Shown: positions 8,715 to 17,216, counted from the stretch's first letter. The stretch: DNA of 34,159 nt from Candidatus Acetothermia bacterium (GCA_046543235.1 JBKGZT010000007.1:1-34159); one strand, 5' to 3'. Program-made: numbers and translations. The notes: generated by a model from the sequence alone, not told the origin.

Positions 8715-8780
8715 TAAAAAAATATTTTGTGAAGAGAATCATTAAATTAGAAAACCAACTTAATCAAAGGAGGAGTGAAG

Positions 8781-10322
8781 ATGGCAAATACCTTTAAGGA
8801 ATCAATAGAATCCGAGGGCGATTTTACCATAACGTGGGAGTTAGTGCCTGGTAGGGGGGCAAAGGAGAAGAACCAACAGGAGATATTCGAGCATGCGGAA
8901 GAGGCAACCGGAAGCGACCTGATAGACGGTATATCTCTTACCGATAACCCGAGCGGAAATCCTGCCATTTCTGCCGAATACCTTGGCATGAAGCTAAAGG
9001 AGATGGGGCTGGAGCCGCTGGTTCACTTCACGGCCAAGGACAAAAGCCGGAACGAGATGGAGAGCTTCCTCTACTCCCTGGAGAGGGAGGGCGTGGAAAA
9101 CCTCCTGTTGATGACCGGAGACTACCCGAATCAGGGTTACGAGGGTCAGTCGAAGCCGGTTTTCGATCTTGATTCTACCCACATGCTGGAGTTGGTCAAT
9201 TCGCTGAACGACGGGCTGCAGTATACCGACGACTTCGGGAGGTCGCAGGAGTTGAAGGAAACCCATTTCTTCCCGGGTGCCGTAGTCTCGCCGTTTAAAA
9301 GCGAAGAATCGGAAATCCTGACTCAGTATTACAAGCTGGAAAAGAAAGTCGAGGCTGGAGCGAACTATATAATTACCCAGCTCGGCTACGATGCCCGCAA
9401 GTTTCACGAATTGAAACAGTACGTCGACGATGCAGGACTTGACGTTCCACTGATCGGCAACCTTTACCTGCTTTCTTACGGGGCCAGCAGGGCGATGAAC
9501 AGGGGGGATATTCCGGGCTGTGTCGTTACCGATGACCTGGTCGACGAACTATCCGAAGAAAAGGAAGCCGAGGACGGCGGCAAGCAGGCCAGGCTGATGA
9601 GAGGAGCAAAGATGTACGCCTTCCTCAAGGGAATGGGTTACGACGGCGTCCATATCGGCGGTCACGGTATCGATTACGAGGACGTGGAGTTCGTGGTTAA
9701 CAAAGGCGAGGAGCTAGTATCGGACTGGGAGGAGTTCATTCCGGAGTTCGATTTCCCGATGGAGGACGGGTTCTACTATTACGAGAAGGATCCGGATACG
9801 GGCCTGAACAAGGAGAACCGCTCCGACCTCGCCCCCAGGCCTCGAAAAGGCGTGGTAAACTCCCTCTTCCGGCTGATGCACAACCAGCTCTTCGAACCGA
9901 ACGGCCTCTTCTTTACGCCGATGCGGACCCTGTTGAAGTGGATTGACGGGACCTGGGCCGAGGAACCGTTCCAGGCATTTGAAAGGATAATCAAGACAAT
10001 CACGAACGATTGCCAGGAATGCGGAGACTGTGCTCTAACCGAGATGGCCTACGTCTGTCCGATGTCGCAGTGCCCGAAGGAGCAGAGAAACGGACCCTGC
10101 GGGGGCAGTAGGGATGGAATGTGCGAGGTTTATCCTGAGAAACAATGTGTATACGTTAGAACTTACAACAGACTGAAGGAGTACGGCGATCAGGAACAGC
10201 TGAAGGAACGGGTACCTCCGAATTACTGGGAGCTGAGACATACCTCTTCCTGGCTCAATTACTGGCTCGGACGGGATCACGCTTCCGAAAAAGCGGGAAT
10301 CGAGCCTCCGGAAGAAGGTTAA
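8781..10322 (+). CDS. metF: Methylenetetrahydrofolate reductase: MetF domain fused to a C-terminal MetV-like Cys-rich domain
   Basis: ITWELVPG, LTDNPSG, HFTAKDKSR, LLMTGD, KKVEAGANYIITQLGYD, then CQECGDC...CPMSQCPK..RNGPCGGS..GMCEV....CVY. SD AAGGAGG places the start at ATG 8781. Confidence 0.9.
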   Translation: MANTFKESIESEGDFTITWELVPGRGAKEKNQQEIFEHAEEATGSDLIDGISLTDNPSGNPAISAEYLGMKLKEMGLEPLVHFTAKDKSRNEMESFLYSLEREGVENLLLMTGDYPNQGYEGQSKPVFDLDSTHMLELVNSLNDGLQYTDDFGRSQELKETHFFPGAVVSPFKSEESEILTQYYKLEKKVEAGANYIITQLGYDARKFHELKQYVDDAGLDVPLIGNLYLLSYGASRAMNRGDIPGCVVTDDLVDELSEEKEAEDGGKQARLMRGAKMYAFLKGMGYDGVHIGGHGIDYEDVEFVVNKGEELVSDWEEFIPEFDFPMEDGFYYYEKDPDTGLNKENRSDLAPRPRKGVVNSLFRLMHNQLFEPNGLFFTPMRTLLKWIDGTWAEEPFQAFERIIKTITNDCQECGDCALTEMAYVCPMSQCPKEQRNGPCGGSRDGMCEVYPEKQCVYVRTYNRLKEYGDQEQLKERVPPNYWELRHTSSWLNYWLGRDHASEKAGIEPPEEG

Positions 10323-10350
10323 TTCTTCAACGGATAAATAGTTTTTCGTT

Positions 10351-10383
10351 AACTGGCACCCCTGGTACTTCGGGGTGCCAGTT
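10351..10383 (+). terminator. Hairpin downstream of metF-metV (likely terminator)
   Basis: Perfect 12-bp stem AACTGGCACCCC / GGGGTGCCAGTT with a 9-nt loop. The U-tract is weak. Confidence 0.65.
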
Positions 10384-10488
10384 CTAATTGATATCGCTAG
10401 CTATACTGCCGATAATTATCAAAAGAATGAGAGGCTTTACTAAGTGTTAATAAAATAGGGTCTTTTTGGTTGGTGGTGTATTATTTCT

Positions 10489-10964
10489 GGTAACCGTTTG
10501 GTAAAACCGGAGGCGATTTCCCAAGCGTGGAAATCGCCCCTTTCGATCTCGGGTCTCGCTATCCACCTTTCCTTGTTTAACTACGACAAGGAAGGGCACC
10601 GAACCGAGAAAATTCCAGCGATGCAGCGCATATGTCTGACCGATCCAGCACTTACTTCGGTTTCGGTATTGAGTGCGATTATAGGGTTTGATTTACAGCA
10701 TAAACCTTTAGCTGTAAATGTATATTCATCTTCACTATCCGATACTGAAGTAAGTGCTGGAGAGGGATATTACCATAACCGAACGGGATTAAATATTTAT
10801 GCATAATACTCTCTGTAGTGGAAAACACTTCCATAAAGAGAACAGTTTGAGCACGCGAGTCGGAAATTTCTCGGTTCGGGAAGCCCGAAGGTCGAGAACA
10901 AGTCCCACGAAAGGGTGGAACCGTGCCCGCTCGGCCTCCGATGGGATTTTCCTGAACGGTTACC
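10489..10964. mobile_element. MITE-like non-autonomous element (476 bp) with long imperfect terminal inverted repeats
   Basis: Ends GGTAACCGTTTGGTAAAA (left) and GGTAACCGTTCAGGAAAA (right, reverse complement). Subterminal inverted 18-mer 10599-10616/10862-10879 (17/18 identical). Flanks ATTATTTCT / AAAATTTCT (7/9) resemble a decayed target duplication. No transposase ORF. Confidence 0.55.
10644..10761. repeat. Long internal inverted repeat / hairpin within the element
   Basis: TCCAGCACTTACTTC (10644-10658) pairs perfectly with GAAGTAAGTGCTGGA (10747-10761) and extends imperfectly inward. Inner stem ATTTACAGC/GCTGTAAAT (10691-10699/10711-10719). Confidence 0.85.
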
Positions 10965-11066
10965 AAAATTTCTTCGTAAATGGATGACTACTGATTAAGC
11001 TGATTGATTTGTTGCATTACTTGTACTGGGCAAAATTATCCGTGTTTTTATAGAATAGGAGAAAAA

Positions 11067-11519
11067 ATGAGTCAAGAAGACGTCAGGATGATTGATGTAG
11101 GCGACAAGGACGACACGAATCGGGAAGCGGTCGCCGTCGGGTCGATAGAAATGAAGGATGAAACGAGGAAAAAGGTCCTGAACGGTGAACTGGTCAAGGG
11201 TAACGTACTATCCGTCGCCCGGACTGCCGGGATCATGGCGGCCAAAAGGACCTCGGATCTTTTACCTCTGTGTCACCCGTTACCGATCAACAACGTGAAG
11301 GTAGATATAAAGCCCGATACGACAGGGCTCGCGGTCGAAGTTACCGTTAATTACCGCGGCAAGACCGGCGTTGAGATGGAGGCCCTGACGGGCTGTTCAG
11401 TCGCCCTGCTGACGATATACGATATGGTGAAAAACGAGGAGAGGGGGATGGTTGTCAGGGAAGTCAAGCTAACCGAAAAATCGGGAGGTCAAAGTGGCCA
11501 CTGGAAGAGACAACGATAA
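11067..11519 (+). CDS. moaC: Cyclic pyranopterin monophosphate synthase MoaC
   Basis: MIDVGDK, KGNVLSVARTAGIMAAKRTSDLLPLCHP, KTGVEMEALT, TIYDMVK, KSGGQSG. Start ATG 11067 after AGGAG. Confidence 0.95.
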   Translation: MSQEDVRMIDVGDKDDTNREAVAVGSIEMKDETRKKVLNGELVKGNVLSVARTAGIMAAKRTSDLLPLCHPLPINNVKVDIKPDTTGLAVEVTVNYRGKTGVEMEALTGCSVALLTIYDMVKNEERGMVVREVKLTEKSGGQSGHWKRQR

Positions 11520-11967
11520 GAGAGGGGAATTGACGTCGATAAACACCAGCGAGGGGAAGGGCGAGGTAAAGACTCCGGTATCTGAAGTCAGTGTTCTGAA
11601 GGACCACGGCATCGAGGGAGACGTCCATGCCGGTTCGCCCGTAAAACAGGTCAGTCTGTTGGATAGTTCCGAGATCCGGGCGATGGAGGACAGGACCGGG
11701 GTAGACCTTAAACCGGGAGATTTTGCGGAGAACCTGACCACGACGGGTCTTGATCTTGATTCTTTTGCGGAAGGAGATAAGTTGAGGGTAGGGGCTGACG
11801 TCCTGCTCGAGGTCTCCCAGATCGGGAAGACCTGCCACGAGGATTGCGTCGTAAAGGAGAAAACGGGGGAGTGCATAATGCCCGAAAAGGGACTGTTTTT
11901 CAGAGTTCTCGAAGGGGGCGAAATCTCTCAAGGAGATCCCGTTGAGCCAGCGAATAAGGAGGGCTAG
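11494..11967 (+). CDS. MOSC-domain protein (putative sulfur carrier)
   Basis: HGIEGDVHAG, QVSLL, GDFAENLTT, LEVSQIGKTCHEDC, CIMPEKGLF. GTG start after GGAGGT. Confidence 0.9.
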   Translation: MATGRDNDKRGELTSINTSEGKGEVKTPVSEVSVLKDHGIEGDVHAGSPVKQVSLLDSSEIRAMEDRTGVDLKPGDFAENLTTTGLDLDSFAEGDKLRVGADVLLEVSQIGKTCHEDCVVKEKTGECIMPEKGLFFRVLEGGEISQGDPVEPANKEG

Positions 11968-11968
11968 C

Positions 11969-12469
11969 TTGGGACACGAAGGGTTGGAGAAATCCGAGAT
12001 CCCCTGTGGTGTCGTAACCGTAAGCAGCAGCAGGACGACTGATACCGACGAGAGCGGGGGGAAGCTGGTGGAGCTGCTGCGCTCCGAAGGGCATAAGGTC
12101 GTCGAAAAGGACCTGGTACCTGATGATACCTCCAAATTGGAGGACCGGATTCGGGATGCCCTCTCAAGTGAGATCAGGGTCCTGATACTTACCGGCGGTA
12201 CCGGCTTATCGACCAGCGATCAGACCGTAGACGTACTGGCAGAACTGGAGGAAAGGGAACTGCCTGGCTTCGGCGAGAAATTTCGTTCTTTGAGCTTCGA
12301 GGATATAGGGCCGAGGGCAATTCTCTCTCGAGCTCGTGCTTCCCTGGCAGGAGATACCCTGATATTCGCCCTACCCGGTTCGACTGCGGCCGTCGAACTC
12401 GCGATGAACGAGTTGATATTGCCGACGATCGGCCACGCCCTTTACGAAATGGACAAGGAGGAGGAATGA
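11969..12469 (+). CDS. moaB: Molybdopterin adenylyltransferase MoaB/MogA family
   Basis: VVTVSSSR...DESG, VPDD, TGGTGLS..DQT, LPGFGEKFR, AILSRA, FALPGS. TTG 11969 follows AAGGAGG. Confidence 0.9.
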   Translation: MGHEGLEKSEIPCGVVTVSSSRTTDTDESGGKLVELLRSEGHKVVEKDLVPDDTSKLEDRIRDALSSEIRVLILTGGTGLSTSDQTVDVLAELEERELPGFGEKFRSLSFEDIGPRAILSRARASLAGDTLIFALPGSTAAVELAMNELILPTIGHALYEMDKEEE

Positions 12470-13437
12470 AGGATAGTTACGGACGTGAAATCAACTACCT
12501 CCGGCTCTCCGTCACGGACAGGTGTAACTTCCGCTGTCGGTACTGCATGCCCGAGGCCGGGATCGAGAAGATATCCCACGACGAGATACTTAGTTTCGAA
12601 GAGATAGCCAGGTTAATCAGGGCCGCTGCCAACCTGGGGGTTGAGAAGGTCAGGTTGACCGGAGGAGAACCTCTGGCCAGGAGAGAGCTTCCCCGACTTG
12701 TCGAGATGATCGACGGAATTGAGGGTATAAAGGACCTATCGATGACGACAAACGGTTCGAGGTTAAGCGAGCTTGCCGAAGAGCTGGCCGACGCCGGACT
12801 CGATCGGGTCAATATCAGCCTGGATTCCGTTCACCCGGAGACTTTTTCGGAGATCACCAGGGGCGGAGACCTGAACGGGGTACTGGCCGGGATAGATGCG
12901 GCGAAGAAAGCCGGGCTGGATCCGGTCAAGCTAAATACCGTGATCATGAAAGGTTTGAACGAAGCCGAAATACCCGACCTGGTCGAATTCGCCGTCCGGG
13001 AGGAGCTGGTCCTGCGGTTTATAGAACTAATGCCCATGGGCGAGGCCTCCGGCGGGGCAATCGAGCCCCTCCCGCTCGAGGAAGTCAGGGAAGCGGTAGA
13101 GGAAGACTGGAAGTTAAAGCGGGCTTCCGGACCGAAGGGCAACGGACCCGCCAGGTATTTCCGGGCTGAAAGGGACGGATTAGAGGGCGAGATCGGATTT
13201 ATCTTCCCGATAAGTGAGAGCTTCTGTGCGGGCTGCAACAGGTTGCGAGTCACCGCCCAGGGAACCGTCAGACCGTGCCTGGCCCGGGATGAAGAATACG
13301 AACTGGAAATAGAGGACGATACGACCGTCTCGGAGCTTGAGGATCGTTTGAGCGAGATAATAAAGAAAAAACCCTACGGACATCAGTGGGAGGAGAAGAG
13401 TAAGACCGCCGGAGAGATGTCGGAGATCGGTGGTTGA
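12466..13437 (+). CDS. moaA: GTP 3',8-cyclase MoaA (radical SAM)
   Basis: YLRLSVTDRCNFRCRYCMP, KVRLTGGEP, RFIELMP, FCAGCNRLR..CL, C-terminal MSEIGG. Confidence 0.97.
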   Translation: MKDSYGREINYLRLSVTDRCNFRCRYCMPEAGIEKISHDEILSFEEIARLIRAAANLGVEKVRLTGGEPLARRELPRLVEMIDGIEGIKDLSMTTNGSRLSELAEELADAGLDRVNISLDSVHPETFSEITRGGDLNGVLAGIDAAKKAGLDPVKLNTVIMKGLNEAEIPDLVEFAVREELVLRFIELMPMGEASGGAIEPLPLEEVREAVEEDWKLKRASGPKGNGPARYFRAERDGLEGEIGFIFPISESFCAGCNRLRVTAQGTVRPCLARDEEYELEIEDDTTVSELEDRLSEIIKKKPYGHQWEEKSKTAGEMSEIGG

Positions 13438-14627
13438 TCATGAAGGAGAAGGGTTTCAAGGACCTCACACGGGTCGACCAGGCACGCAAGGAGTTTTTCT
13501 CCTCCGTCGAACCCCTGAAGAGAACCGAAGAGCTTCCCCTTCCCGAAGCCGACGGTCGTGTTTCCGCGGAAGACGTCCTATCCCCGCGTCCCGCTCCCCA
13601 TTACCGGAGAGCTGCGATGGACGGATTTGCCGTGCGGGCTGCCGATACCTTTGGCGCGACCCAGTCGTCCCCAAACAGGTTGAAGGTCGGCGAATCGATC
13701 CGAGAGGGCGTCGGGGTTCCGGTCCATACAGGAGGACACGTGCCGGAGCGAGCGGACGCCGTGTTGAAGATCGAGGATACAAGAAAGCGGGACGATAGTT
13801 TGGATGTATATTCTTCTATAGCCCCGGGCGACAACGTCAGCCCGGTCGGGGAGGACGTGGAAAAAGGGGACCTCCTGCTGGAGAAGGGGGACAGAATTCG
13901 GCCCTCGGGTCTCGGGCTGTGCAGGTCGCTTGGATTGGAGAGTTTGAAGCTGGTGGCCAGGCCGGAGGTGACGGTTGTTCCTACTGGCGAAGAGCTCGTC
14001 TCACCGGGCGAGGAACCCGGTCCGGGGGAAACCGTCCAGTCGAACGGGATTATGATCTCGAGTTGCGTCCGGAGGTGGGGAGGTAACCCGAACGAGCGGG
14101 AGGTCCTGAGCGACCGCCCGGAGGACCTTCGTACGGCGCTGAACGCCGGCGTGGATGAATCGGACGCCGTTGCCTTCACCGGAGGTAGTTCCGTCGGCCG
14201 CAGGGACAGGATAGTCGGAGTTTTAGGGGAAGAAGGTGAGGTTCTGGTTCATGGCGTGGCCGCCCAGCCCGGCAAGCCGGTCGCCCTGGCACTGGTCGAC
14301 GATACCCCTGTTATCGCCCTGCCCGGGTATCCGGTGGCTGCTCTCGCCGATGCCTATTTCTTTTTAAAGCCCCTCATCGGGCACTTGACCGGAGCTAAAT
14401 CCGAGGATAGAACTGCTACCGTCAGGCTGGGCAGGAAGATATCGTCCAAGCTGGGGCGGTTGAGCCTGGTCAGGGTAAGGGTTGAGGAAGGCGAAGCCCA
14501 TCCGATCCGGGTCGCCGGCTCCGGAGTTCTGTCCAGCGTGACCCGCAGTGACGGTTTCGTCCTCGTCCCTGAGGACTCGGAGGGTGTCGCGGTCGGAGAA
14601 GAGGTAGAGTTGCATCACTGGAGGTAA
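13434..14627 (+). CDS. moeA: Molybdopterin molybdotransferase MoeA
   Basis: RAAMDGFAV, VHTGG, PTGEEL, TGGSSVG, HGVAAQPGKP, LPGYP, SGVLSS. Confidence 0.93.
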   Translation: MIMKEKGFKDLTRVDQARKEFFSSVEPLKRTEELPLPEADGRVSAEDVLSPRPAPHYRRAAMDGFAVRAADTFGATQSSPNRLKVGESIREGVGVPVHTGGHVPERADAVLKIEDTRKRDDSLDVYSSIAPGDNVSPVGEDVEKGDLLLEKGDRIRPSGLGLCRSLGLESLKLVARPEVTVVPTGEELVSPGEEPGPGETVQSNGIMISSCVRRWGGNPNEREVLSDRPEDLRTALNAGVDESDAVAFTGGSSVGRRDRIVGVLGEEGEVLVHGVAAQPGKPVALALVDDTPVIALPGYPVAALADAYFFLKPLIGHLTGAKSEDRTATVRLGRKISSKLGRLSLVRVRVEEGEAHPIRVAGSGVLSSVTRSDGFVLVPEDSEGVAVGEEVELHHWR

Positions 14628-14630
14628 GAA

Positions 14631-16589
14631 GTGAGAAAGGAGTTTCGAGATCTGATCGATCCGGGCGAGTTTCGAGAGCTGATCGGGGATTTCGACCTGA
14701 GCAGGAAGCAAACGAGCGTACCGCTGGATGACGCTCTCGGGGAAGTCGCCGCCGGTGACATCTACGCCCGTTCCGACGTGCCTCCGTTTAGCAGGTCACT
14801 GATGGATGGCTACGCGCTGGTGGCATCCGATACCTACGGCGCGGACGAGGAAAACCCGAACCGGGTGGAGATCGCCGGGGAGGTCGAAATCGGCCGATCG
14901 TCTTCCTTAACCGTCGAAGAAGGGAAGGCGCTGGAAATACCGACAGGAGCCGCTATTCCGGCCGGAGCCAACGCGGTCGTGATGGTCGAAGATACGGACC
15001 GGGAAGAGGACGAACTTTTGATCAGGTCGTCAGTGGTGCCGGGCGAGAACGTCCTTTCCGCGGGAACGGATATCGCGACCGGTGACCTTATAATCAGGCG
15101 GGGCGAGGAGCTAACGCCGCTGCGGATTGCGGAGCTGGCCGCTTCCGGGCTGGACGAGGTCGAGGTCTACCGACCGCCCGAGGTAGGGATTATTTCCACC
15201 GGGCCCGAACTGGTACCCCCGGGAGGAGAACTTCCCGAGTCGAAGATTTACGACGTGAATACTTCCCTCTTGTTAACCGGCGTCCGGGAAGCCGGTGGTC
15301 GAGCTTCGGGACTCGGCATCGTAAACGACGACCTGGAAAAGATGGACGGGCTGATCGAGCGTGGCCTTGAACAGTACGATATATTGATCTCTTCCGGCAG
15401 CACGAGTGCCGGCCCTCACGATATGGTCTACGACGTCCTCGAGGATAAAGGGGATTTACTCGCTCACGGGGTTAAGATCAAGCCCGGCAAGCCGACCGTC
15501 CTTGCGGATCTGGGCGGGACTCCCTTCTTCGGCCTGCCCGGGAACCCGTCCTCTGCTTACGTCGTTTTTACCAATTTCGTTGCCCCCTTTATCAGGGAAC
15601 TTGCCGGCAAAAGAAAATCGGGGGCTCCTTCTACCTCGGCTAGGCTGACCGAGAGGACGACTTCGGAGGGAGGCCGGACCGAACAGAAGTTCGTCGGAAT
15701 AGTTGATCGAGACCAGGGAAAGCGTGCTTACCCGATCAACAAGGTAAGCGGTGCGGTGACTCTCCTTTCCCAGGCCGACGGTTACGTGGCGATCCCGGAA
15801 GGGGTCAATTACCTGGAGCGTGACCAGGAGGTCGATGTGACCCTTCTGACCGAGGACCCGGAGCTGCCGGAGCTCCTCCTGATTGGAAGCAACTGCGTCG
15901 GCTTGAATAGGTTACTGGAATTGTTGCCTATTAAAACCCGGTCGCTCAGCCGGGGCTCGATGGGTGGAGTGGAGGCCATGAGTAACGGCGTGGCCGACGT
16001 AGCGGGAGTTCACATCTGGGACGAGAGCGGCTACAACGTCCCTTTCCTGGAGGAGCGGGGAATCGAGGACGTAAAGCTACTGAGAGGGTACCGAAGGGAA
16101 CAGGGGTTGATCCTTCAGTCCGATAACCCGAAGGGCGTGAGTTCAGTCGGGGATCTGATAGAGAAAGAGGTCTGTATCGTCAACAGGACCTCCGGTTCGG
16201 GTACCAGAATCCTGTTCGACCACCTGCTGGAGGAGGCGGCTCGGGAGCTGGGCAGGGATTTTCATGAGTCGAAACGGAGTATACCGGGCTACCAGGTCGA
16301 ACTGGCTACCCACAACGCCGTGGCTGCCGCAGTCGGGGACGGCAAAGCCGAGGCTGGGCCGGGTATTAGGTCCGTGGCGGAGGCTCAGGGACTCGACTTC
16401 GTTAAGCTACAGGATGAGGAGTTCGACTTCCTCTGCCGGGCGGGTTTCCTGGAAAGTGACGAAGGTAGGGCCTTCCAAAAGGTACTTTCGGGTTCCCGAT
16501 TTAAGGAAATACTGGAAGGGATTCCCGGTCTCCACGCCCGAGAAAAAACCGGCCAGGTCGTCTTTACATCTTTCTCAGAGGATGAATGA
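14631..16589 (+). CDS. moeA: MoeA fused to a C-terminal PBP (LysR-type substrate-binding) domain
   Basis: SLMDGYA, IPTGA, STGPEL, SGSTSAG, IKPGKP, LPGNP. The C-terminal domain carries GSMGG, AGVH, REQGL, NRTSGSGTR and THNAVA. Confidence 0.92.
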   Translation: MRKEFRDLIDPGEFRELIGDFDLSRKQTSVPLDDALGEVAAGDIYARSDVPPFSRSLMDGYALVASDTYGADEENPNRVEIAGEVEIGRSSSLTVEEGKALEIPTGAAIPAGANAVVMVEDTDREEDELLIRSSVVPGENVLSAGTDIATGDLIIRRGEELTPLRIAELAASGLDEVEVYRPPEVGIISTGPELVPPGGELPESKIYDVNTSLLLTGVREAGGRASGLGIVNDDLEKMDGLIERGLEQYDILISSGSTSAGPHDMVYDVLEDKGDLLAHGVKIKPGKPTVLADLGGTPFFGLPGNPSSAYVVFTNFVAPFIRELAGKRKSGAPSTSARLTERTTSEGGRTEQKFVGIVDRDQGKRAYPINKVSGAVTLLSQADGYVAIPEGVNYLERDQEVDVTLLTEDPELPELLLIGSNCVGLNRLLELLPIKTRSLSRGSMGGVEAMSNGVADVAGVHIWDESGYNVPFLEERGIEDVKLLRGYRREQGLILQSDNPKGVSSVGDLIEKEVCIVNRTSGSGTRILFDHLLEEAARELGRDFHESKRSIPGYQVELATHNAVAAAVGDGKAEAGPGIRSVAEAQGLDFVKLQDEEFDFLCRAGFLESDEGRAFQKVLSGSRFKEILEGIPGLHAREKTGQVVFTSFSEDE

Positions 16590-17166
16590 TCTATCGATAG
16601 CAATTCTTTGCGGCGGCGATTCCAGCCGCTTCGGCGGGGACAAGACCCGCGCCGAGATAGACGGGGTGCCGCTCTACAAACGGACCTGGAAAAAACTCAA
16701 GCCAAAAAGCGACGACCTTTTTCTTCAAGTTGCTCCTGGAGACGAATACGATTTGAAGAGCTACCCGGACCTCTATCGGGATGGTGGGCCGCTCGGCGCC
16801 ATCTATTCGGCCCTCACTCACGCAGAGCACGATTGGCTTTTCGTCTCTGCCTGTGATTTACCGTACCTGAATCCTCGTATCGTGGACGAACTGTACTCGG
16901 AAGCAGAAGAGGAGACTGAGGTGGTAATTCCTAAGTGGAATAACGGGTACCTGGAACCGCTGACCTCCCTGTACCACGGTAGGGTGAAAGAGCAGCTCGA
17001 AGAAATGTTGGCTTCTGGTTCCAGGAAGATAACTTATTTCCTGGATCGTCTAAATCACGTAAAGGAGATCTCAGTTGATCGAATGGCTGAAAGTGGAAAG
17101 ATCAACCGAAGGTGTTTTTACAACGTCAATACCCGGGAGGATCTTGAAGAGCTAAAGTCGCTCTAA
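16582..17166 (+). CDS. mobA: Molybdenum cofactor guanylyltransferase MobA
   Basis: ILCGGDSSRFGGDK, GPLGAI, ACDLP, EPL..LY, FYNVNT. The real start is ATG 16582; the ORF-track extension from 16264 overlaps moeA. Confidence 0.93.
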   Translation: MNDLSIAILCGGDSSRFGGDKTRAEIDGVPLYKRTWKKLKPKSDDLFLQVAPGDEYDLKSYPDLYRDGGPLGAIYSALTHAEHDWLFVSACDLPYLNPRIVDELYSEAEEETEVVIPKWNNGYLEPLTSLYHGRVKEQLEEMLASGSRKITYFLDRLNHVKEISVDRMAESGKINRRCFYNVNTREDLEELKSL

Positions 17167-17216
17167 CTTCCTAGTCCGTTCGGTAATCTATATCAGCTGA
17201 AATATGAAGAGATAGT

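Noticed and set aside
10498-10987. Short ORFs 10498-10806, 10679-10966 and 10799-10987
   Set aside because: No SD, no acidic bias, no recognisable domain or transposase motif, and they run through the hairpins.
10850-11066. Moco/Wco or c-di-GMP-I riboswitch upstream of moaC
   Set aside because: GNRA-like hairpins are present, but I could not find the Moco 3' CCTCCCGT...GGAAAGG pattern or the c-di-GMP GGCAAA/GACGCAAA core. The stems lie inside the right arm of the inverted-repeat element.
16264-16581. 106-aa N-terminal extension of MobA
   Set aside because: It overlaps moeA-PBP in another frame. MobA homology starts at ATG 16582, which overlaps the moeA stop region.
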